Source: a bacterium
Lineage (GTDB): Bacteria > UBA8248 > JACPRG01 > G963555815
NCBI GenBank assembly: GCA_963555815.3
Contig: CAUVWX020000001.1
Location: 416,001-480,000 of the forward strand
DNA length: 64,000 nt
Direction of reading: 5' to 3'
Below the pieces are notes generated by a model, which did no database searches, was not told where the DNA came from, and worked only from the letters and a program-made list of their open reading frames with translations. This document shows, piece by piece, positions 10,224 through 19,800 of the stretch. The first letter of the stretch is position 1, and each line of letters begins with the position of its first letter. The translations under genes were made by a program, and so were the position numbers.

Positions 10224-11989
10224 GGGCCATCCTGGGGATCAACGACTCTCACTGTGCCACGGCCGCCCTACTGGTGGACGGACGCATTCTGGCCTGCGTC
10301 AGCGAGGAGCGCTTTACGAGAAAGAAAAATCAGGCGGGCTACCCCAAGCGGTCGGTCGAATATTGCCTTCGCTTTCTGTCTGGCGGGGCGAGCGGTCTCG
10401 ACGCCGTCGCCCTGGCGGGGCGTGAGGCCCTGGACCCAGGTTGGTACGAACGTTTCCTGAGAGACGAGACCTTCATGGACGACTACCTGGGGGTCCACGA
10501 CTCTGGGCCTTTTCACGCCGTGTCCCGAAAGGTTCGGCGCTTTGCGCATCGGGTGGGACTCGCCGATGCCCACAGGGAAAAACGGTCCCTTTCCCCCGAA
10601 ACCCGCGTTCAGGGTGTCTGCGCCCATCTCGAGATACCGCCTCAACGGGTCCACTTCGTCGAGCATCACCTCTGCCATGCCGCCGCCGCCTATTTCGCCT
10701 CCCCTTTTAACCGGGAGCCCGCCTTAGTCTTCACCAATGACAACGCCGGGGACGGGGTCTGCGCCTCCGTCAACGAGGCGGGACCGGAGGGCCTCCGCCG
10801 CCTCTCGGCCTCCAGGAGCGCCGAGGGCTCTCTGGGGAGTTTTTATTCTCTCGTGACGTCCTACCTCGGGATGCGTCAGCTGGAGCATGAGTACAAGGTG
10901 ATGGGACTCGCCCCTTACGCCCCAGAATGGGGCCGCCGAAAATCCTACGCCGTCTTCAAGGAGATGATGGAATTGGTCGAGGCGGGGGCCCCTCAGTTTC
11001 GATGGAGGGTCCGTGGACGCCGATTCCGCCACCTCATGGAACACCTGGCTCGGCACCGTTTCGACTGGGTGGCGGCAGGGGCTCAAGAGTTCCTTGAGGA
11101 GACGCTCGTGGCCTGGGTCCAATCCGCCCTAAGAGGAGAGACCCGGATCGCCCTGGGGGGTGGCGTCTTCATGAACGTGAAGGCGAACAAGCGGCTCAGT
11201 GAGCTACCCGAGGTGGCGGATCTCTTCGCAATGCCGAGTTGCGGGGATGAGTCAAACGCCATCGGGGCTGCCTACGAGCTCTACCATGAAGGCCGGCTGG
11301 CGTCCCCCGCCGACGAGAAACCCCCACCCATCGATCCGCTGGGTTCGCTCTATCTCGGCCCAGAGTCTTCCGACGAGGAGGTCGAGAATTTTTGTCGTCA
11401 GGGGCGTCTCGAACAGAGGTATCGGATCCGGCTCTGTGAGGACATCGAGGCGGTCGCCGCTGAGCTGCTTGAGCGGGACGGCGTGGTGGCGCGGGTTGCG
11501 GGTCGGATGGAGTTTGGCGCTCGCGCCCTCGGAAACCGCTCTATCCTGGCCGACCCGCGCGATGTCCGCCTCACCCGCCAGATTAACCGCATGATCAAGA
11601 GACGGGATTTTTGGCTCCCCTTCGCCCCAACTATCCTGCGGGAAAGGGCAGAGGACTACCTGGAAAACCCGAAGGGCCTGGGCTCACCCCACATGATGTT
11701 GACCTTTGACAGTCGTCCCCTGGGGCAGACGGCCCTGGCGGCGGCCATCCACCCTGAAGACGGGACCCTACGACCCCAGATTCTCGACCCAGGGATAAAC
11801 CCCCGCCTTGAGCGTCTCATCCACGCTTTTCAGTCGCGGACGGGCGTGGGAGCCGTTCTGAACACCTCGTTCAATCTCTCTGGGGAACCTATTGTGAACT
11901 CGCCCCAGGACGCCCTGGACGCCTTCGACCGCTCGCACCTGCCCCATCTCATTTTGGAGAACCTTCTCATCAGTAAAAAGGGTGTTTGA
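10220..11989 (+). CDS. O-carbamoyltransferase (NodU/CmcH family)
   Basis: SEERFTR.K, EHHLCHAA, EYKVMGLAPY, GGVFMNVKAN, EFGARALGNRSILA, LNTSFN. Confidence 0.92.
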   Translation: MRAILGINDSHCATAALLVDGRILACVSEERFTRKKNQAGYPKRSVEYCLRFLSGGASGLDAVALAGREALDPGWYERFLRDETFMDDYLGVHDSGPFHAVSRKVRRFAHRVGLADAHREKRSLSPETRVQGVCAHLEIPPQRVHFVEHHLCHAAAAYFASPFNREPALVFTNDNAGDGVCASVNEAGPEGLRRLSASRSAEGSLGSFYSLVTSYLGMRQLEHEYKVMGLAPYAPEWGRRKSYAVFKEMMELVEAGAPQFRWRVRGRRFRHLMEHLARHRFDWVAAGAQEFLEETLVAWVQSALRGETRIALGGGVFMNVKANKRLSELPEVADLFAMPSCGDESNAIGAAYELYHEGRLASPADEKPPPIDPLGSLYLGPESSDEEVENFCRQGRLEQRYRIRLCEDIEAVAAELLERDGVVARVAGRMEFGARALGNRSILADPRDVRLTRQINRMIKRRDFWLPFAPTILRERAEDYLENPKGLGSPHMMLTFDSRPLGQTALAAAIHPEDGTLRPQILDPGINPRLERLIHAFQSRTGVGAVLNTSFNLSGEPIVNSPQDALDAFDRSHLPHLILENLLISKKGV

Positions 11990-12001
11990 GAGACAAAAAG
12001 A

Positions 12002-13252
12002 ATGACTTCTTCTGTCCCTGACCTCCCCCTGAAGATCGCCCTCATTCGGGCGAACGTCCACCGGCGAGGGGGCGTGGAGCGCTACGTCCTGAGTCTCGCC
12101 AATGACCTCTCGCGGCGGGGCCATGAGGTCCACGTCTTCGCCAGAAACTGGGAAGATCTTTTGCCGACCGTCATCTGCCATCCAGTCCCGCGCATCGGCG
12201 GCCTCTCCTCCCTCAAGGTCTTGTCTTTCGCGTGGGGGGTCCGACGCGCCCTCCGCGGGGAGTCCTTTGATATCGTCCATGGCTTCGACCGGACCCTCGT
12301 TCAGGACATCTACCGGGCCGGTGAGGGCTGCCATCGGCAGTGGCTTCGGGTCTCGGGACAATATTTAGGCCCTCTCAGGGGATGGCTGAGACGCCTGAAC
12401 CCTCTTCACTTCCTCCACCTCTTTATCGAGAGACGGATCTTTGGTGGCTGCCGAAAGATCGTCGCCATCTCCCGCCGGGGCCAAGAAGAGATCCTGAATC
12501 TCTACAAGGTCCCCCCTGAGGATGTGATCCTGATTTACAACGGCGTGGACGGGCAAGAATTCTCTCCTCCACAAGGAGAGGACGAGAAGGCCTCCCTTCG
12601 CCGGTCTCTTGGCATCTCCCCACACGACCTCGTTCTCCTCTTCGTGGGAACCGGCTTTTTCCGAAAGGGTTTTTCGGCCCTCCTCGCGGCGCTCCGGGCC
12701 CTTCAAAGAGAACGCCCGGAGATAAAACTCCTGGTGGCCGGCCGGGGGGGAAGGGGTTACAACGGGACGGTCCGACGCCTTGGGCTAAAGGGGGCTGTCC
12801 TCTTCCTTGGGGACACCGTGCGAACGGCCGACCTCTACCGGGCGGCTGACCTTTTCGTCCTCCCGACCCTGTACGAGCCTTTCGGGACGGCGTGCCTGGA
12901 AGCCCTGGCGAGTGGTCTTCCGGTCATCGTGAGCGCAATGAGCGGGGCCAGCGAGATCCTGACGGACAGTGTGGACGGCCTCATCCTGGAAGACCCAAAC
13001 GACCCGGAGGCCATCGCGGCCAAGGTACAGCTTCTCTTTGACCCCGAAGTGAGAAGGAAGATGGGGACCGCCGCGAGAAGACTGTCGGAGAATTTTAGTG
13101 TCACCGCCAACACGGATCGCACCATAGCGGTCTACCGGACCGTATTGGAAAGCCTGAAGGGGGGGATCTCGGGCGCCCCAAAAGAGCCACGAGGAGGGGA
13201 GTCACCATGGGAAGAGTCGTCCATGTCCCGAAGCGGAACCTCAAGTGCTTAG
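12002..13252 (+). CDS. GT4 glycosyltransferase (WaaG-like)
   Basis: GGVERY, DIYRAGEGCH, GTGFFRKG, PTLYEPFG..CLEALASGLP. Confidence 0.85.
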   Translation: MTSSVPDLPLKIALIRANVHRRGGVERYVLSLANDLSRRGHEVHVFARNWEDLLPTVICHPVPRIGGLSSLKVLSFAWGVRRALRGESFDIVHGFDRTLVQDIYRAGEGCHRQWLRVSGQYLGPLRGWLRRLNPLHFLHLFIERRIFGGCRKIVAISRRGQEEILNLYKVPPEDVILIYNGVDGQEFSPPQGEDEKASLRRSLGISPHDLVLLFVGTGFFRKGFSALLAALRALQRERPEIKLLVAGRGGRGYNGTVRRLGLKGAVLFLGDTVRTADLYRAADLFVLPTLYEPFGTACLEALASGLPVIVSAMSGASEILTDSVDGLILEDPNDPEAIAAKVQLLFDPEVRRKMGTAARRLSENFSVTANTDRTIAVYRTVLESLKGGISGAPKEPRGGESPWEESSMSRSGTSSA

Positions 13253-13384
13253 GGAGAAGCAGAGGTTGAAACGGATCTTTGGGCCCTCTTTTTCATCCTC
13301 GCCCTCGTCGTTCTGGCTTTCCTTGTCTACGATCGAGGGGATCGACGAGGCCTTCTCGAGCAGGCCCTTCGGGGCGAGGCAGAG

Positions 13385-14077
13385 ATGATCGACCTCACCC
13401 ATCCGCTCAGCGAAGAAACGGTCTATTGGCCCGGCGGGATCCCCTTCCGGAAAGAGATGCTGGCCGACTACTCCCAGGGCTTTCGGATGTTCAAATTCGA
13501 GATGGGAGAAAATGTGGGGACCCACGTGGACGCCCCCGCCCATTTCGTTCCAGGGGCACCGACGATTGACCAGATCCCCCTCCGCCACCTGGTGGCCCCC
13601 GCCGCCGTCGTGGACGTCAGTACTAAAGTGGAGAAAGATGCCGACTATCGCCTCACCGTGGATGACCTTCGGGCCTGGGAGGAGAGAAACGGGGCAATCC
13701 CCTCAGGCACCCTCGTCCTCATGCGGACAGGATGGGGGAAACGGGCGGGAGACCTGGCGCAATACCGGAACATGGACGAGGGGAAGACGATGCATTTCCC
13801 GGGATTCTCTGGAGAAGCGGCGGAGTTTCTGACAAAGGAGAGGGACATCGTCGGGATCGGGATCGACACCCTGAGTTTGGACTACGGTCCCTCGAAGAAT
13901 TTTATCGTCCATCAGGTCATGCTGGGGGCCACCAAGTACCAAATCGAGAACCTGGCCAACCTGGAGCGGCTTCCCGAAAAGGGCGCGGTCCTCATCGTGA
14001 TGCCCCTCAAGGTCAAGGACGGAACCCAGGCCGAGGGCCGCCTGATCGCCTTGGTCCCAAAGCGCAGGCGGTTCTGA
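13385..14077 (+). CDS. Cyclase/kynurenine formamidase (KynB-like) family metallohydrolase; probable true start near 13266 across a frameshift
   Basis: IDLTH, GTHVDAPAHF, RTGW, PGFS, GIDTLSLD, ENL.NL. Confidence 0.85.
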   Translation: MIDLTHPLSEETVYWPGGIPFRKEMLADYSQGFRMFKFEMGENVGTHVDAPAHFVPGAPTIDQIPLRHLVAPAAVVDVSTKVEKDADYRLTVDDLRAWEERNGAIPSGTLVLMRTGWGKRAGDLAQYRNMDEGKTMHFPGFSGEAAEFLTKERDIVGIGIDTLSLDYGPSKNFIVHQVMLGATKYQIENLANLERLPEKGAVLIVMPLKVKDGTQAEGRLIALVPKRRRF

Positions 14078-14107
14078 AGAGACACCGTCCCCTGAGCGTT
14101 TTTTGCC

Positions 14108-15235
14108 ATGCGAACTCTCCTTTGCGCTAACGCCTATCCCCCAAGCCCTGGAGGAATCCAGACCTACGCCTATGAGATGGCGCGCCACCTCTCCCGCCTG
14201 GGAGAGGAGGTCAATGTCCTGGCCCGCTCCAGGGTCAAGAGGTGGGAGGGGGACAAGACAACGGGGGTGAATGGGATCGTTCGATGTCGAACAAAGCCGG
14301 GCCTTTGCGCGAGGTTCTTCGACTCCCTGTGGCGTCACGACACCGAGCTCATTTTCATCACCCACCGGGCGAACTTTCTGTCATGGGCCCTCGCGGCAAA
14401 GCGCGGAAGGCCGAGACTTCGGGTCGTTGTCACCCTTCACGGGAACGAGGTCTATGGCCGCCCTGATCTCCCCCGCCTGATCTCTCAGGTCAACCGGGCG
14501 GACGGCGTCTTGACGGTGAGCCAATATGCAGCCGAGCGTCTCTCCCGGCTCGGGGTCCACCGCGAAATCCTCCACGTCGTCCCGAACGGGGTGGACCCCC
14601 AAAGATTCTCACCAAAGACAGAGGGGGGGTCCACACGGGCCCGCCTCGGGCTCAACGACCGCCCCATCCTCCTCTCGATGGGCCGTCTGGTCCCCTTCAA
14701 GGCCTATGACCAGGTCCTGCGGGCCCTTCCCGCCATCCTGGCCGAGGTGCCAGACGCGATATACCTCGTCGTCGGCGAAGGTCCCCAGGCCGCACCCCTT
14801 CGCCGGCTGGCCGAGGAACTCCAGGTGGAAAATCATGTTCGCTGGCATCCGGCGGTCCCCTACGACGCCCTGGGCCATCCGCCGCACGCCTATTACAATG
14901 CAAGCCACCTCCTGGTGGGCCCAAGCCGCATCGACCCCAAGACGGAGGATATCGAGGCTTTTGGGATCGTCTTTCTGGAAGCCGCCGCCTGTGGAAAGCC
15001 CGTCGTGGCCGGGCGCTACGGGGGTGGGGCGGAGGCCGTCGTCGACGGAGAGACCGGCTTCGTCGTGGAATCAGAAGATCCCCAGGCCATCGCCCGGGCC
15101 GTCATCCGGCTCTTGAAAGATGAGGACCTCGCCCGCAAGATGGGGGAGGCGGGCCGAAGAAGAGTCGAGACTTCCATGAACTGGGGAGCCTGCGCCGAAA
15201 GGACGTTGAAGATTGTGAAGCAAGTGAAAGGATGA
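14108..15235 (+). CDS. GT4 glycosyltransferase (PimB-like)
   Basis: YPP.PGGIQTY, EAFGIVFLEAAACGKPVV. Confidence 0.87.
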   Translation: MRTLLCANAYPPSPGGIQTYAYEMARHLSRLGEEVNVLARSRVKRWEGDKTTGVNGIVRCRTKPGLCARFFDSLWRHDTELIFITHRANFLSWALAAKRGRPRLRVVVTLHGNEVYGRPDLPRLISQVNRADGVLTVSQYAAERLSRLGVHREILHVVPNGVDPQRFSPKTEGGSTRARLGLNDRPILLSMGRLVPFKAYDQVLRALPAILAEVPDAIYLVVGEGPQAAPLRRLAEELQVENHVRWHPAVPYDALGHPPHAYYNASHLLVGPSRIDPKTEDIEAFGIVFLEAAACGKPVVAGRYGGGAEAVVDGETGFVVESEDPQAIARAVIRLLKDEDLARKMGEAGRRRVETSMNWGACAERTLKIVKQVKG

Positions 15236-16470
15236 AAAAAAGATTTAAGGCGGTCTTTCTTGGCCAGGGGGAGCGTCTACCCCTTCGGGTGAGCCAGGGA
15301 GCCCTGGTGGGGTTTCTCGTCCTGGACCCTTTCTCCATCAGCCTCGCCCAAATCTGCGTCACCATCGGGGTCTTGGCCGCTGCGGCCGATCTCATCCTCT
15401 CCCGCCGCGAGAACGCAAAATTTTCGCCTCAGTGGCCCCTCTGGCTTCCCTTCTCAGTCTTCGTGGTGATTACCGTTCTCTCAGCCCTCCTTTCACAGGA
15501 TGTCGTTAGAAGTTTCATGGACACAAAGCAGCTCCTTGAGATCTTGATTCTTTACTGGGCCCTTCGGGCCATCCCGGCATTCGGACGGGCGCGCCTCCTG
15601 GTCCAGCTCCTCATTCTCGCGGCTGGGGTGATGGTCATCGTGGGCCTCTTTCAGTTCGCTCTCTCGGAAGGCCGCCCCCTGGCGCGGCGGCCTTCTGGGA
15701 CATTGAGCATCTATCAGACCTTCTCCGGCATCCTGGTCATCGTGACCCTCCTCTCCCTCTCCCAAGCCCTCAGCCGGACTGCGTCCCCTCGGGAGAGGTG
15801 GTTCGCAGGGGGGGCGACCCTTCTCCTGATCCTGGGTCTCCTCTTCAGTCTCACCCGAGGGGCATGGGTGGGGTTTGGGGCAGGCGTCATCCTCCTCCTC
15901 ATCCTTCAGCGGAGGGCCCGCTGGCTCTGGGTCCTCCCGGCCATCATTGCCCTCCTCTTGCTGGCGGGACCCCGGGAGCTTCGGGTGAGACTCCAGCACA
16001 CGGTCCTCTTTAACGAGGAGGCCTCGGGGGAGAGGGTCCTCATGTGGAAGGCCGGGCTGCAGATGGCGAGAGAATTTCCCGTCTTGGGGGTGGGGACAGA
16101 TATGGTGAAACCCCTCTACCCGGACTACCGGCTTCCCGGGGCTAAGCGGCCAACCGTAGGCCACCTCCATAACAGCCCCCTTCAGGTGACCGTCGAGCGG
16201 GGAACCCTCGGCCTCGCCGCCTGGATCTGGATCTGGGTTTCCTTCTTCGCCCTGGGGACAAAAACTCTCAAAAATCTTCCGAAAGGCCCTGAATACGAGA
16301 TGGGGACCGCGAGCCTGTCGGCAGTGGCGGCCTTCCTGACGGCAGGCCTCTTTGAATACAACTTTGGGGACTCCGAGGTGGTGATGCTCATTTACTTCGT
16401 GATGGCCCTTCCCTTCATCGCTCAAAGGCACACGCCCGCCAAGCCGGGGCAGAGGGTGCCTCTCTCCTGA
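15232..16470 (+). CDS. O-antigen ligase (WaaL/Wzy_C) family membrane protein
   Basis: Multi-TM; TRGAW, R...W, GVG, HLHN..LQ..VERG, GLFEYNFGDSEV. Confidence 0.85.
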   Translation: MKKRFKAVFLGQGERLPLRVSQGALVGFLVLDPFSISLAQICVTIGVLAAAADLILSRRENAKFSPQWPLWLPFSVFVVITVLSALLSQDVVRSFMDTKQLLEILILYWALRAIPAFGRARLLVQLLILAAGVMVIVGLFQFALSEGRPLARRPSGTLSIYQTFSGILVIVTLLSLSQALSRTASPRERWFAGGATLLLILGLLFSLTRGAWVGFGAGVILLLILQRRARWLWVLPAIIALLLLAGPRELRVRLQHTVLFNEEASGERVLMWKAGLQMAREFPVLGVGTDMVKPLYPDYRLPGAKRPTVGHLHNSPLQVTVERGTLGLAAWIWIWVSFFALGTKTLKNLPKGPEYEMGTASLSAVAAFLTAGLFEYNFGDSEVVMLIYFVMALPFIAQRHTPAKPGQRVPLS

Positions 16471-16640
16471 GCCAGCGCTTGCAGATTTGTGCTGTTTCTT
16501 ATATATTTACCAGTAACACTAACGGAGGGATTGTGGCAGTGGAAGGCAACCACCGAGGGCCCGCACGCACACAGGGGTCGAACTCGGATTTGCCAAGCCC
16601 CGACCAAATTCCACCGAATTTCCTGGCTTCATCCTGAAAT

Positions 16641-16668
16641 TTGTTTGACACGATTTTTTTGGTATAAT
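16641..16668 (+). promoter_or_regulatory. Probable sigma70 promoter (extended -10) for the multicopper oxidase operon
   Basis: TGG-TATAAT at 16660-16668; TTGTTT at 16641-16646 gives a 16-bp spacer, while the overlapping TTGACA is only 12 bp away. Confidence 0.6.
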
Positions 16669-16838
16669 CATACCCTTTTCAGGAGAGTTGACAGCTGCTT
16701 TCGAGGAGCTCACGGACAGTGGGAGGCCACCGCCACATTTCCCTCTTGCCGTCCCGGCGTCGAGTCGGTGATTGTGGCTCGATTGCATGGCTGCGAAGCC
16801 ATTGAGACCGGTCTAGTCTGAGGAGTGAGAGGAAAACC

Positions 16839-19800
16839 ATGAAACCTGTCCGCAAGATTCTGCCGTTACTGGGCGTCGCTGTCTGGTTGGGCATTATTCT
16901 GGCCGTTTCGATAGGCATCATCGGGTCAAAGAAGCAACTCGACGAAGCCCTCGCCGCTAGGGGGCTCACTCTAGCGCAGCCGCTCGAGAGGAAACTCGAG
17001 CGGATCATTGCCGAGGAAACAGGATACGAGATCAGCAGTCACGAGAGGTCAGAGGGGCCGAGCCTGATGGCCAGCTTTGATGAGCACGAGAGTGTCCTCT
17101 TTTCGCCCGTGTCCTGCCCCGCCAACGCCCCTGTCAAAACCTATGATCTTGCGTCCATCAACGTCACCATTATCCTGAACCGCTGGGGCGATCGGGATCC
17201 CCTGGGCTACATGTACGCCGTCCGCGATCATCTCCCGGCCATCCGGGCCCAAGAGACCACGGGGGAGGATGGGAACTTCGGACTGGGCCTCGGGGTTGGG
17301 GGAGATGCCATTCAGCCCCTCACGATCCGCGGCAACGTGGGTGACTGTGTCCGAATTTCCCTCATCAACGAACTGGACGAGCCGGCGAGCTTCCATGTCC
17401 ATGGTGCCGATTTGATCCTGGCGGCCACGGGCGAACCGGCCCTTTCTACGAACTCCGACTCAATGGCGATGCCAGGCGAGAAGATTATTTACGAGTGGTA
17501 CATCGATCCTGAGCACTACACCGAGAACACCCACTACGTTCACTCCCACGGTGCCAAGGCCCGGTTCCAGGCGGGCCATGGGCTTTTTGGCGCGTTCATC
17601 GTCGAGCCGGCCGGGTCAGAGTACCTTGACAACCAGACGGGCCAGCCCCTTTGCAACCGGAACGGGAATGGCGACGCTCTGGAGTGTGGGAACTCGTGGG
17701 ACGCGATGATCTCGCCGGGCGACGGCAGTTCTGATTTCCGCGAGTTCACGATGTTCTACCACGAGATTGGCAACGCGCAGTTCGCTGCTGCAGACAAGGA
17801 GGGGGTCCCGCTCCCGAGCATCGATCCGGTCCTGAACTCCTACAAGCCCAGCGGCCGCGCCATCAACTACCGGAGCGAGTCCTTTTTCCGGCGGATGGGC
17901 GAGATCGACGAGCAGGTGCCCTTCTATAAGGAATGGAAGCACGACGAAGCTGAGGCCTACTCTTCATATGTTTTTGGCGATCCGGCCATGCCCGTCCCCC
18001 AGTCCTACGTAGGGGACCCCGTCAAGTACCGCCTCCTGCACGGCGGCAGCGAGACCTTCCACGTCCCCCACCTTCACGGGGGCGGTATCCAGTGGCAGCG
18101 CCAGTCGGACGTCGGCAAGGAGGACGGTGCCTCGGACTTTGTGCCCATCGACGAAGGCCTCCGGAAGCATTTCGAGAACACGATGGCCAGCTCTGGCAAC
18201 GACTCGCAGACCATTGGCCCTTCTGAGAGCTACGAGCTCGAGATAGGCTGCGGGAGCGGTGGCTGCCAGCAGACCGTCGGCGACTTCTTGTTCCACTGCC
18301 ACGTTGCCTCCCATTACATCTCCGGCATGTGGCACTTTTGGCGGGTCTACAATACCCTTCAAGACGACGTAGGCAAGACGGACGAGCTGGCTGTGGTCGC
18401 CGAGCTCCCCGACCGCCAGGGCGGCATGGAGCACGCGGTTACCTCAACGGAGCTTATCGGCCAGACGGTGACCTTCTCCGGTCGCGATATGACCGTCAAC
18501 GAGTCGCTCCTTCACACCCTGGTCCAGTTGCAGTTGCCCCCCCAGGGCATCACGACCCACGAGCAGGACGCGTCGGTGATGGACTGGGCCGTGGACGAAA
18601 CTCTTTATCTCAACGAGCCGGAGACCAGGTACAGCTGGCCGAACTTCACCTCGCCGAATCCTGGGGAGCGGTTCGCCTTGAAGTTCAACCCGGCCACCGC
18701 CAAGCTGGCATTCCCATTCCTTCGGCCTCACCTTGGCAAGCGGCCCCCCTTCGCCCCGCATCACGGGCCCGCTCCCTTCCTGGAGCCCTTTAATCACCCA
18801 GAAACCATCCCAGAGGTTGTCGCTGGCGATACCCCGAAACTGGCTGGCGACACAGCGGAACTAGTGGAGCTCGTCTCTGACGACAGCTCAACTGACGACA
18901 GCGCATTCGAGGTTGCTCAGACTAGAAACAGAGAGGTTCTCCACCCTCTTCTCACCGGGCACTCTGAGCCAGCTCATCCGGGGTTGAATGGAGAGTACAG
19001 TCTCTGTCCGCAAGGCGCGCCACTCCGCTTTTACAATATCCACGCTATCCAGACCCCAATCCCCGTGAATGCCGTCACGTTGGATTCGGACGGGATGATC
19101 ATGGTCCTCAAGGAGAACGAAGAACGGGCCAGAAACAACCCGGATTTCAAAGTGCCGATCGCCATTCGAGCCAACCAGGGCGACTGCGTGGACATCTTCT
19201 TCACCAACGAGCTCGACGGGACGGATAAGGACCACAAAGGACTCCCGAACTTGATGAAGACAAACATCCACATCCACTTCGTTCAGTTCGACACCCAGGC
19301 GTCTGACGGCGTTATCACGGGTCAAAGCTATGAGCAGGCGCCGCGGCCCTTCACAGCACCGGGAATGAGCGCCAAGATCCAGGAGGTGGCGACGCGGGGG
19401 TCCGTCCGATTGAGCGTCAACGATGCCTCCTTATTCCACCCGGGATCGACCGTAGCAGTTGGCATCGACGAGCAGACCGATATCCTCGAGACAGCGGTTA
19501 TTGAAGCCATCTCGGGGAATGAGCTCATCTTCAGACGCCCGCTCCGCAACGACCACGTACCCGGCGAGCTGGTGAGCAACGAGTTCGTCCGCTACCGGTG
19601 GTACGTGGCACGTCAGAACGGCGCCATCTATTTCCACGACCATGTGGATGCCCTGAACCGGTGGGGCCACGGGCTCTTCGGGGCCCTCATCGCGGAGCCC
19701 ACCGGCTCGACATATCACGATCCCAAGACCGGCGAGGAGATCCTCAGCGGGCCCATTGCGGACATCCGCCTGGACCCCAACCGAGGGGTGCTCCCGGGCC

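Noticed and set aside
13250..13252. In-frame TAG between the GT4 and the cyclase frame (possible readthrough or pyrrolysine fusion)
   Set aside because: No pyl genes in the window; a single-base indel after the RBS/TTG at 13266 explains the upstream frame better
15493..16431. 312-aa minus-strand ORF
   Set aside because: Antisense to the O-antigen ligase-like gene; composition not protein-like
16530..16615. ZTP-riboswitch-like GTGG...CCAC hairpin and tRNA T-loop-like GTTCGA on the minus strand
   Set aside because: Other conserved riboswitch elements are missing and the T-stem does not pair
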